From contig JANRJA010000180.1 in assembly GCA_033764315.1 (NCBI GenBank), positions 1 through 13,641 on the forward strand: 13,641 nt of DNA, read 5' to 3'. This stretch comes from Oculatellaceae cyanobacterium bins.114 (lineage in GTDB: Bacteria > Cyanobacteriota > Cyanobacteriia > Elainellales > Elainellaceae). The notes beneath the pieces were generated by a model, which was not told where the DNA came from, did no database searches, and saw only the letters and a program-made list of their open reading frames with translations. Each line of letters opens with the position of its first letter. Within the stretch, counting starts at the first letter, position 1. Shown piece after piece: positions 1 to 8,174 of the stretch. A program made the position numbers and the translations under genes.

Positions 1-71
1 ATGATGTGATGGAAACAGCTTGTGGGCTGCACAACTTTCGCTTGACACACCGAAAGATTGCAGTTGCTTAG
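1..71 (+). CDS. IS5-family (ISL2/IS702-like, DDE_Tnp_4-type) transposase, C-terminal end, truncated by the window edge
   Basis: The frame starting at 3 reads DVMETACGLHNFRLTHRKIAVA* (TAG 69-71). The 'ME.ACGLHNFR' motif resembles the C-terminus of DDE_Tnp_4 transposases. Not in the ORF track. Confidence 0.7.
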   Translation, partial: DVMETACGLHNFRLTHRKIAVA

Positions 72-131
72 ATAACGATTTCCGAAGGAGATTTCCGTTT
101 TTGTCCCATCCCCCTTATTTCCGATTAAGTC
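1..131 (+). mobile_element. Right end of an IS5-family insertion sequence
   Basis: The transposase stop is followed by three ATTTCCG subterminal repeats (78-84, 91-97, 117-123) and the terminus ...TATTTCCGATTAAGTC|TA. The partner end is outside the window. Confidence 0.6.
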
Positions 132-798
132 TATTGTTTTATCTAAATGATGCGAAAAACGTCTCTACTAAAAGGTCTGTAGTTTTAAATAGTTGGTACT
201 TCGGATGACATATCTAACTAGAACCGAGAGTCAGAGAGGTTGAGAAGGCTACTGTTTTACAGACATGTTGAAACGCTATTCAAACCCGATTTGAGAAGGT
301 TTCTCAGCCTGTTTTGATTGTTATTTTGGTACACATTAAAATTCAACCCACAGATTGGGTGTAAGAAGTTCTCCAACAAAAACGCTTGTTAAAAGGCTTG
401 CTGTCAAGTGTTAACAACCAGATTATGAGACTTCTTTCAAAAAATCAGATACAAGTTCTAAGTGGTTTCAAAATCACGAAGAAACCCATGAGGAACACCG
501 TTTTCGAGTCACCTTGATTGATCTACACATTTGTAAACCCAAAGAGCGAGATTTCACGTAGTTATGGGCTGATCAAATACGTTACAATTCTTAGTATACG
601 GCTACAATCCCCAACCACTAACCGCTTCAACATCATCCGGCTAATGATTGGTAAAACCTGAGTTTTTCAGTACTATTCCTTATGAGTTCGACCGGAAATG
701 CGGGAACTGTAACTGTAGTTTGCTTCAGAGGGTGAGGATATCAATCGCCCCCCAAAGCAATCCTTCAACCCACGCTGCACATTTCAAAGGAGCGTCTT

Positions 799-909
799 AT
801 GCAACCCACCCAAACTACCCCAACCACTCAAACTAATTCTGAACTTTTAATGTTTTTACAAATGACCTCGTTGCTCTTTGGCTTCTTGATGTTAATTTGC
901 TTGCTGTAA
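799..909 (+). CDS. Putative 36-aa small membrane protein (MQPTQTTPTTQTNSELLMFLQMTSLLFGFLMLICLL)
   Basis: AAAGGAG RBS at 786-792, 6 nt before ATG 799; TAA at 907-909. Thr/Gln-rich N-terminus followed by a hydrophobic stretch of about 21 aa. Shorter than any ORF in the track. Confidence 0.55.
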   Translation: MQPTQTTPTTQTNSELLMFLQMTSLLFGFLMLICLL

Positions 910-979
910 TTAACTCTATTAATGAAGCAGACGAGTTGGTTTGCAAGTTATGATTAGGGTCTGACCTTGTTCAAGGTTC

Positions 980-1009
980 AAATATTTGTTAGAAAAATAT
1001 TTGTTAGAA
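980..1009. repeat. Perfect 15-bp tandem duplication (AAATATTTGTTAGAA x2)
   Basis: Directly visible in the sequence. Confidence 0.9.
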
Positions 1010-1186
1010 AGGTTGAGTGCGGGCAAAACTCAATTTTGGTCAGATTAATTAAGCACTTCTCTGTATGAGAGCCTTTAGTCTATTATCCATAGCTCTCACA
1101 CGGAGAAATTGTTTTAAGAAGATTTTTTAAGAAGAAATTTTGACCTTGCTGAATACAGGTATGATTCACGGACGTTAATTCTAACA

Positions 1187-1214
1187 GCAGAGGCGTTTCG
1201 CGAAACGCTTTTAC
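1187..1214. repeat. Degenerate GTAG-type REP-like palindrome
   Basis: GCAGAGGCGTTTCGCGAAACGCTTTTAC has a perfect palindromic core GCGTTTCGCGAAACGC and decayed GTAG...CTAC ends. Confidence 0.6.
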
Positions 1215-1253
1215 AGAAATACCAATAGGTACCCTCAATTTCTAGAAATGGTA

Positions 1254-1346
1254 TATAGCAGTCCTAAATCATTTGTGAGATTAGCAGGTTGTGAGAAGCC
1301 CACCCCACCGGGGTGGGCTTCTCACAACTCATTTGGGATTGCTATA
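1254..1346. mobile_element. MITE with 27-bp imperfect TIRs and TA ends (IS630-like), containing a perfect internal hairpin
   Basis: TATAGCAGTCCTAAATCATTTGTGAGA versus the reverse complement of the right end, TATAGCAATCCCAAATGAGTTGTGAGA (23/27). Internal 19-bp perfect stem at 1288-1328. Confidence 0.8.
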
Positions 1347-1370
1347 GATCAACTTGAGTTAAGATTTGAA

Positions 1371-1410
1371 GTGAGGATCAGTCTGTAACAAGCCACAAAC
1401 TGATCCTCAC
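1371..1410 (-). terminator. Stem-loop downstream of the minus-strand cluster, probable terminator
   Basis: GTGAGGATCAGTCTGT-N8-ACAAACTGATCCTCAC (15/16 paired), 55 nt past the dehydrogenase stop. The U-tract is weak. Confidence 0.55.
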
Positions 1411-1465
1411 CAAACATCAATTCTTACCCAATGTGCAAGTTCTTAGTTGCGCATTTTTAGTTGTT

Positions 1466-2644
1466 TTAAACAACCTCATGAGGTTTCAAAACAACTTTGA
1501 TACAGTTATCACGCTTGTGTTTGAAAATCTCATACCCTTGCGGAGCCTCATCAATGGGCATGGTATGTGTGATCACAAACGAGGGATCAATTCTGCCATT
1601 TTGAATGTGGTCTAGCAGGGGCTTTAGATAGCGGTGGACATGGGTTTGACCCATCTTAAAGGTTAATCCTTTATTAAAAGCGGCTCCCATAGGAATTTTA
1701 TCTAGGAACCCACCATACACACCCGCTAACGAAACGGTGCCCCCTTTGCGACATGCCACCATGACTTGACGCAAGGCGGTAGGACGATCGGTTTCTAGCC
1801 GAACCGCTTGTTTCACCTGGTCATACAACGCCATTGCATCAGTGCCATGAGCTTCCATGCCAACTGCATCAATACAAGCATCAGGGCCACGTCCACCAGT
1901 CATCTCCTTAACGGCTTCCCCAGCATCTATTTGCTCGTAATTCACTACCTCTGCTCCTGCCTGCCTTGCCATCTCCAATCGTTCAGGGACGCGATCGAAG
2001 GCAATAACTCGTTCTGCACCTAACAGAAAAGCACTCTTGATGGCAAACTGTCCCACAGGGCCACACCCCCATATCGCCACGGTATCGCCTGGTTGAATGT
2101 TGCAGTTTTCGGCTGCCATGTAGCCAGTTGGAAAGATATCAGTGAGGAACAGCACTTGCTCATCAGTTAACCCATCTGGAATCTTGAATAAGCCGACATC
2201 CGCAAAGGGAACACGGGCATACTGTGCTTGTCCTCCAGCATAACCCCCAAACATATGTGAATAGCCGAATAGCCCAGCAGGGGAATGTCCCATTAATTTT
2301 TCTGCCATCCAAGCATTGGGGTTAGAGTTGTCACACAAAGACCACAAATCGCGATTACAGAAGAAGCAGTTGCCGCAAGAGATGGTGAAAGGCACAACAA
2401 CGCGATCGCCAATATTAACATTAGTGACTTGTGAGCCCAATTCGACGACTTCTCCCATAAACTCGTGACCGAGAATATCACCCGATTTCATCGTGGGAAT
2501 ATAACCGTCATAGATGTGCAAATCAGATCCACAAATAGCCGTGGAAGTGATTTTGATAATGGCATCGCGGGGATTGATGATTTTAGGATCAGGGATGTTT
2601 TCTACGCGTACATCGTTTGCGCCATGCCAGCAAACTGCTTTCAT
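1466..2644 (-). CDS. Zinc-dependent alcohol dehydrogenase, glutathione-dependent formaldehyde dehydrogenase-like (MDR family)
   Basis: Starts MKAVCWHG with a GGAGA RBS, so the start is placed at 2644 rather than 2704. Catalytic Zn motifs ICGSDLH and GHE, structural CGNCFFC...C, nucleotide-binding GCGPVG. Confidence 0.92.
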   Translation of the reverse strand: MKAVCWHGANDVRVENIPDPKIINPRDAIIKITSTAICGSDLHIYDGYIPTMKSGDILGHEFMGEVVELGSQVTNVNIGDRVVVPFTISCGNCFFCNRDLWSLCDNSNPNAWMAEKLMGHSPAGLFGYSHMFGGYAGGQAQYARVPFADVGLFKIPDGLTDEQVLFLTDIFPTGYMAAENCNIQPGDTVAIWGCGPVGQFAIKSAFLLGAERVIAFDRVPERLEMARQAGAEVVNYEQIDAGEAVKEMTGGRGPDACIDAVGMEAHGTDAMALYDQVKQAVRLETDRPTALRQVMVACRKGGTVSLAGVYGGFLDKIPMGAAFNKGLTFKMGQTHVHRYLKPLLDHIQNGRIDPSFVITHTMPIDEAPQGYEIFKHKRDNCIKVVLKPHEVV

Positions 2645-2728
2645 GAATAGTTCTCCAATAGTGTGAGGATTGTGGAAGGGAAAAGCTGAAAGAGAATTTC
2701 CCAATGCAATGAGTGCAATTTAGCGGTG

Positions 2729-3199
2729 TTAGGGATGCACAGGTTCGTTTGCATCTTCTAATGTGTCGAGAACATCGTCCGCAGTACCACCAAAAGCATC
2801 TTTGGTATTTTCGACCGCTGTGTCAACCCTATTCTTAACCTGGTTAAAAAAGCCTTTTGTGTCAGAGCTGACTGAGTTGCCAGGATTTACAGCTTCTCGT
2901 ACGTTCTCCGCAGCTCCGCGCACATTACGTCTCACATTGTCTTGAGCATTACGGGTTTGACGAGCGTTCTCAGCAGGCATTGGAGACGCTTGACGAGTTT
3001 TTTCGGCAGGTAGGGGAGAGCGAGTCCATTCACCTGTGTTATCGCTAGTTTCATAGGAGCGAGTTTCAGATACAAGCGATCGCGCTGCTGCACTGGGAGC
3101 CATCGCGAAAACAATCGCCGTTGTAACAAAGAGAATCGTAATTAGAGAAACTGCCAGTCTCTCACTGACTTTCTCAATCCATGTAATCATTTGATTCAT
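2729..3199 (-). CDS. Hypothetical exported or membrane-anchored low-complexity (LEA-like) protein
   Basis: N-terminal hydrophobic signal-like segment ending ...PSAAA, hydrophilic A/E/N/R/D-rich body, AENVREAVN-like helical segments, GAGG RBS, tight spacing in the cluster. Confidence 0.7.
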   Translation of the reverse strand: MNQMITWIEKVSERLAVSLITILFVTTAIVFAMAPSAAARSLVSETRSYETSDNTGEWTRSPLPAEKTRQASPMPAENARQTRNAQDNVRRNVRGAAENVREAVNPGNSVSSDTKGFFNQVKNRVDTAVENTKDAFGGTADDVLDTLEDANEPVHP

Positions 3200-3232
3200 G
3201 CTTCAGTGTCCTCAATCAATAGGATTGTTTTC

Positions 3233-3976
3233 TTAGCCCCGGCAAGTAGGTTGCCCTTCGGTAGTAGCAATTTCTCCAGCTTCCATCAGTTGCTTAAAGC
3301 GACGGAGATCATCCCCAATTTGCTGTTCGGGTTCTTCCCCAAAAAACTTGGCTAACACCGCCGTTAAAGCTCCTCCGGGAGGGGCATATTCAATCACAAC
3401 TTTGACTTCAGTACCACGGTCAGCAGGTGCAGGTTGAAAGCGCACAAAACCAGAGTTCTCTACATCTGCCTCTTCTACTGAAGTCCAAGCAATCAAGTGA
3501 TTTGGCTCATCTTTGACAATCTCAGCATCCCATTCAACATCTTGCCCCATCGGAGCTTTGGCAACCCAATGCGATCGCCGATCATCTAACACAGTCACCG
3601 CTTGGAGATGCTTCATGAAATGGGGCAAATTTTCAAAGTTGTGCCAAAAACTGTAAAGCTCTTCAGCCGACTTGTTAATGGTGACTGTTTTCTCAACTCT
3701 GATCGACTTGTTAATGCCTACAGCTTCACTGACTTTATGGGTGATGCTGGTGTCACTAGTTGCACCGTGATAAACCATGCCACCTCCAGCGATCGCCATT
3801 AACACACCCCGGAGCGATCGTTGTTGCAGTCCCATCAGCACCATCGCACCCCCACCCACAATTGAAGCCCACTTTTCTGAGTCACTCAAGGTGGATTCTT
3901 GACCACTCACTGCCAAATCCTTAGGAGGAATGGTCTGAGAAAAGTCTTGCTGTCCTTGATTTACCATCTCTTCCAT
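3233..3976 (-). CDS. SRPBCC (polyketide cyclase/dehydrase-like) protein with an N-terminal membrane (DUF2892/YgaP-like) segment
   Basis: VEKTVTINKSAEELYSFWHNFENLPHFM, SHWVAKAP, VEWDAEI, GTEVKVVIEY.PPGG and DLRRFKQLMEAGE are typical of this family. Confidence 0.9.
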   Translation of the reverse strand: MEEMVNQGQQDFSQTIPPKDLAVSGQESTLSDSEKWASIVGGGAMVLMGLQQRSLRGVLMAIAGGGMVYHGATSDTSITHKVSEAVGINKSIRVEKTVTINKSAEELYSFWHNFENLPHFMKHLQAVTVLDDRRSHWVAKAPMGQDVEWDAEIVKDEPNHLIAWTSVEEADVENSGFVRFQPAPADRGTEVKVVIEYAPPGGALTAVLAKFFGEEPEQQIGDDLRRFKQLMEAGEIATTEGQPTCRG

Positions 3977-4000
3977 GTTTTGATTCCTTAAAGTATTGAT

Positions 4001-5101
4001 TTAAGCCGTGACAGCCGCGCCCGTCGTGGGATGGGGAGGCTGCATTGGGTCTTCGATCAAGCGGGCTTGATAGAGATCAGCCACCCATTGCTCGTGTTTT
4101 GCAATTTCCACATCCATTTGGTCAAAGATCTCAACAGTGGTTGGATCGGTCAACTTATTTCGCAAGTTGTAAACATCAACAACTCCTGTCTGCAACTCGC
4201 CCAAGGCCCGTTGCAATACATTGATATCACTACTAATTGACTGTAACCAGGTCTTTAAATCTGCATAGGCACCACTGGTATTAGCCTGAAAAGATGGCTT
4301 TTCACCCAACACGGCAAGTCGCTGTTCAAGCCGTTCAATGTGTTGTATTTTGATGTTGCGGATTCCCTCTAAAATGGATTTCACTTCAGGATCAGACGCC
4401 TTGTTAGAGTAAGTTTCAAATGCTTCATAGGCATAACGTTCACCAGCGATCGCCGTGTTAATCGCATTAACGATTTCACTTTTGGTAGAACCACCCCATT
4501 CTTCAGCTAACTTCCACCACCCCGCATTCATATCAGAAAGGTCAGGCAATGTAGTATCAGGGATAGTTAATTCCAACACCTGTAAAATAGCGGTTGTGAA
4601 GATCGGCAAATCTCCAGGTCGGCGTGACGTAATTAAGTTGCCATCGACAACCAATGGCTGATCGACAAACTCAGCTCCAGCATTCTGCATGTCCTTGCGG
4701 ATGGCTCGAAACCCAGTCGCTTCCTTGCCTTTAAGCAAATCACCCTCAATTAGCACTTGAGGACCATGACAAACGGCTGCAACCCAGACGCTTTGAGTCA
4801 TTGCATCTTGGACAAACCGTACCGTTTTCATGTTGGTCCGCATTTTGTCAGGAGCAAATCCACCGGGAATAATGATTGCATCAAAATCTTGAGCACGGGC
4901 TTCTGTAGTTGTACCGTCTGCTTTGATTGATAACTTACCTTGTTTGCCTTTATATTCTTCGTTAACGCGAGAACCTAGTACAACAACTTCGGCTCCAGCT
5001 TTGTGGAGTGCATTGTAGGGAATCTGAAACTCCACATCCTCAACGTGTTGTTCAATTAGAATTGCAACTCGCTTTTTACGAGTCTGACCGTTTTCTGTCA
5101 T
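4001..5101 (-). CDS. DJ-1/PfpI/YhbO family deglycase/glyoxalase fused to a C-terminal ferritin-like domain
   Basis: EDVEF, IIIPGG, nucleophile motif AAVCHG and DGNLITSR.P.D. The C-terminal about 150 aa look like a four-helix ferritin-like region (AIAGERYA...HIERLEQRL...EIAKHE). Confidence 0.88.
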   Translation of the reverse strand: MTENGQTRKKRVAILIEQHVEDVEFQIPYNALHKAGAEVVVLGSRVNEEYKGKQGKLSIKADGTTTEARAQDFDAIIIPGGFAPDKMRTNMKTVRFVQDAMTQSVWVAAVCHGPQVLIEGDLLKGKEATGFRAIRKDMQNAGAEFVDQPLVVDGNLITSRRPGDLPIFTTAILQVLELTIPDTTLPDLSDMNAGWWKLAEEWGGSTKSEIVNAINTAIAGERYAYEAFETYSNKASDPEVKSILEGIRNIKIQHIERLEQRLAVLGEKPSFQANTSGAYADLKTWLQSISSDINVLQRALGELQTGVVDVYNLRNKLTDPTTVEIFDQMDVEIAKHEQWVADLYQARLIEDPMQPPHPTTGAAVTA

Positions 5102-5287
5102 CGGGCTTCTCCTATATTAGGCGATCGACTCATGTAATGCTCTCAGCCTCAGCTTATGTCGGGCGATCGCAACGCTCTTCGGTCTTGAGGCAGATCAGAG
5201 TCTATGCTATTAGGAGGGTGTTCATTTACATCTCTGACACAACAAGATAACTCCAAAATCTGCACCAGAAGAGCTTTGATCAAACAA

Positions 5288-5551
5288 CTAAAGTGTTGAA
5301 TTCGGGTTTTGTATTGTAGCTCGTTCCATCACTACAGAAGCAGGCTTTAGACAAAACCAGGCGATGAGAAAAAGAGCCGTTACAAGTAAATGGGTGAGGG
5401 CGATCGCAGATGAGAAACCCGCCATAACAACCGCCATTCCTTGACTTGCGACATTCAAAAGCCCAACCGCAATTCCAAGAAGCCAGATGCTTGATTTAAG
5501 AGCAGTTAGATAACTACTTTCTTTCAAAAAATGATTGCTATTGGGTGCCAT
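5288..5551 (-). CDS. Small hypothetical membrane protein (2 predicted TM)
   Basis: 87-aa ORF with two hydrophobic segments ending W.CLKP. It lies 24 nt downstream of the preceding gene. Confidence 0.65.
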   Translation of the reverse strand: MAPNSNHFLKESSYLTALKSSIWLLGIAVGLLNVASQGMAVVMAGFSSAIALTHLLVTALFLIAWFCLKPASVVMERATIQNPNSTL

Positions 5552-5575
5552 TTCAATCCATTTGCTAAAACAAGT

Positions 5576-5830
5576 TTAACTCGCCATTAGAGATGACTCT
5601 AACGCTGAAATCGTGTGAGCCTGAGCCGTGGGAACTAGAATCCATCCTGCTTTCATCAGTTTTTGATAAGTTGCCCACCCCTTAGAACCACCAGGGACTT
5701 TGTAATCTGATACAGCATAGGTGGGCAAAGCAGTATAAGGTAACCAAGGTTCGTGAGATGTGAGACGCAAGTGTAAAATCTTTTCACCATCTGTTCCTAA
5801 TTTGGGAAGCCAACACATTTGTCCAGACAT
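5576..5830 (-). CDS. Small hypothetical protein, cyanobacterial type
   Basis: 84-aa ORF with a GGAG RBS. The MCWL...LHLR...PW.PY...DY..PGGSKGWATYQKL...GW pattern looks like a real protein. Confidence 0.75.
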   Translation of the reverse strand: MSGQMCWLPKLGTDGEKILHLRLTSHEPWLPYTALPTYAVSDYKVPGGSKGWATYQKLMKAGWILVPTAQAHTISALESSLMAS

Positions 5831-6456
5831 GGAAAGACTCCTTCCAAAGTTGAATTAAAGTTGAATAACTTTGCAATGAATCACATTTATTCGCAAACGA
5901 ATGAACGGGTTTCAAAGCTCTTTATACTTCTTGTTCTACTCAGGAAAAACAACTACTGTCTCTACCCAGAGTTAAACTATTGCATCAAGAACATATCTAT
6001 CTAAAGAACAGACTGGTTAAAGAAATGCATGCAACTGTAACTTGAATCACTAAAAGAGGCAGAAGAAAGGTTTGAGAATTAACAATTTCAGAGATTTTTT
6101 ACACAACGTTTTAATCAGAATAGTTTGTATCAAAATCCACAAAATCTTAAATACTCATTCACATAAGTAGTTAGCATTCAGTAGCGATCGCAAGTAGACA
6201 ATTAATCGCTAACGTTTATTCCAAATGCTATGACTGGAGATTGCAAATTCATGTCTTGAGACTGTAAGTGCCGACAATTTTTCTGTCCACTCCCTACTCC
6301 CCATCTCTTAAGTAATGCCTTTTGACAGATTACTTTCAGCGATAAGTTGATTGAACTAAAGAATATAAACCTTTGTAAAGTGTTGCAGCGTTAAAGGTTT
6401 AGAGTGACACTCGCTCAATCTCTCAGACCCAGTACTCAGGTTTGGCGTTGAAAGCA

Positions 6457-6966
6457 ATGGCATTGAAACCAATAGATTCTAAACCAGTTGCTGAACGCTC
6501 CAACATTAAACTCTTGGTGGCAGCAGGAGTTGTTTTGGGGATAGCTTTTGCAGGCTTTTTCGATGGCATTGTAATTCACCAAGTTTTGCAATGGCATCAC
6601 ATGGTGACAAGCATTCGACCTGCAACTACACTCGCCAATTTAGAAGCAAACACATTTTGGGATGGAGTATTTCATATTGGCACATTTGTCTTCGCTATTA
6701 CTGGTTTAGCTTTGCTATGGCGTGCCATTCGACAGGGAGCACCAACTTCAACCCAAGCACTGATTGGGGCGATGTTAATTGGGGCAGGATCATTCAATTT
6801 AATTGAAGGATTAATTGATCACCACCTCTTAGCCATTCATCACGTCAAGCCGGGTGTCCATCAACTGGCTTGGGATCTGGGATTTCTGGTAGTGAGTGTA
6901 GCTTTAGTGACTAGCGGTTGGATTGTTTTAGCCAATTTTTTAGCAAATTATCAACAGAAGGAATAG
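6457..6966 (+). CDS. DUF2243-like predicted membrane protein
   Basis: GFFDGIVIHQVLQWHHM, N.FWDGVFH, FNLIEGLIDHHLLAIHHV and WDLGFL motifs. ATG 6457 is preferred over TTG 6442. Confidence 0.85.
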   Translation: MALKPIDSKPVAERSNIKLLVAAGVVLGIAFAGFFDGIVIHQVLQWHHMVTSIRPATTLANLEANTFWDGVFHIGTFVFAITGLALLWRAIRQGAPTSTQALIGAMLIGAGSFNLIEGLIDHHLLAIHHVKPGVHQLAWDLGFLVVSVALVTSGWIVLANFLANYQQKE

Positions 6967-6971
6967 TAACC

Positions 6972-7988
6972 ATGCCATTAAAACCAGTTCATGAACAAGT
7001 TGTCGTTGTAGTAGGTGCATCTAGTGGCATCGGACGAGAAACCGCTCTTCAGTTTGCTCGTCGTGGGGCAAAGCTAGTGGTGTCTGCCCGCAGTATTGAA
7101 GGGCTAACCACACTATTAGATGAGATTGAGCAACAGGGTGGGTCTGCGATCGCCGTTCCTGCGGATGTGTCTGACTTTGAGCAGGTTAAAGCCATTGCCG
7201 ACAAAACCGTAGATTACTTTGGACGATTAGACACCTGGGTGCATTTAGCCGCTACCTCTGTTTTTGCGACCTTTGACCAGATTACTCCCGATGAGTTTAA
7301 GCGAGTGATTGATGTCAACTTGAATGGACAAGCCTATGGAGCAATGGCCGCATTGCCTCACCTCAAACGTGAAGGACGAGGAGCCCTGATCCACGTTTCA
7401 TCTGTTGAAGCACGGCGATCGCTGCCCTATCAAAGTCCTTACTCTGCTTCAAAGCACGGCATTGAGGGATTTTTGGATGCGCTGCGGTTAGAGCTGATAC
7501 ATGACAAATGGGATATCAGTGTGACCAACGTTCTGCCTGCGGTGATTAACACTCCCTTTTATAACAAAGGACTCACAAAGCTAGGGGTTAAACCAACGGG
7601 TTTCCCGCCTTACTATCAACCGGATCTAGTGGCAGAGGCGATTCTTCATGCGGCTGAGCATCCCACTCGTGACCTAATTGTGGGCGATATTGGCAAGGTC
7701 ACTGATTTGCTCCAGCGGATCTCACCAACGTTAATGGATACGCTCTTGTTAGCAATTGGCTTTCAGGGACAACGCACTGATGAGCCAAAATCTGAAGATG
7801 CACCGAATAACCTGTATGAACCGATCGCAGGCTATGACCGGGTAGAAGGTGATTTTAGTCACTTAGCAATTCCCAGTGTGAGTGATTGGTTCGATCGCAA
7901 TCCAGCAGTGAAGTGGGGGGCGATCGCGGCTGTAGTTTTGGGTGCTGCTGCGATCACAGGCATGACTAACCTCAACGATGGGCATTAA
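6972..7988 (+). CDS. Short-chain dehydrogenase/reductase (SDR) with a C-terminal hydrophobic tail
   Basis: GASSGIG Rossmann motif, YSASK catalytic motif and PAVINTP. ATG 6972 lies 5 nt after the upstream stop. Confidence 0.92.
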   Translation: MPLKPVHEQVVVVVGASSGIGRETALQFARRGAKLVVSARSIEGLTTLLDEIEQQGGSAIAVPADVSDFEQVKAIADKTVDYFGRLDTWVHLAATSVFATFDQITPDEFKRVIDVNLNGQAYGAMAALPHLKREGRGALIHVSSVEARRSLPYQSPYSASKHGIEGFLDALRLELIHDKWDISVTNVLPAVINTPFYNKGLTKLGVKPTGFPPYYQPDLVAEAILHAAEHPTRDLIVGDIGKVTDLLQRISPTLMDTLLLAIGFQGQRTDEPKSEDAPNNLYEPIAGYDRVEGDFSHLAIPSVSDWFDRNPAVKWGAIAAVVLGAAAITGMTNLNDGH

Positions 7989-8174
7989 TCGAGTTTCCAG
8001 CCGCTTGGCTGGGTATTGTAAATAACAGTTGATTTAAGGAGTCTTTTCTACCCATTTGCAGGGACTCCCGCTTTTCCTGTATCCTAGAACGCTGCATTTC
8101 ATTTTGATTGCGTTAGGCTGTGAACTGACATAAGGTTTTTAGCCTGGTGGTTTCGTTATTATCGCGTTGTCTCC

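Noticed and set aside
581..608. RpaB HLR1 site (GTTACAAT ... GCTACAAT)
   Set aside because: The half-sites are 20 bp apart instead of the 10-bp period, and the intervening half-site does not match.
615..715. Fluoride riboswitch (AACCGC...GCTAATGA) or cobalamin riboswitch (..ACTGTAA) match
   Set aside because: Only short fragments match. The GGNGATGG.GTTC.CC core and the B12-box context are missing.
20..836. Track ORFs 20-208 and 648-836
   Set aside because: Both have non-ATG starts and no RBS. The first overlaps the IS end in another frame, and the second overlaps the better-supported sORF and its leader.
2645..2704. N-terminal extension of the dehydrogenase, and similarly 6918-6971 for the SDR
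   Set aside because: The downstream ATGs fit better: an RBS and family-typical N-terminus at 2644, and no overlap with the upstream gene at 6972.
1433..5250. Short ORFs antisense or out of frame within the minus-strand genes (e.g. 1433, 1808, 2293, 2465, 2763, 2932, 3602, 4031, 4455, 5008)
   Set aside because: They are shadow ORFs of well-supported genes and have no motifs.
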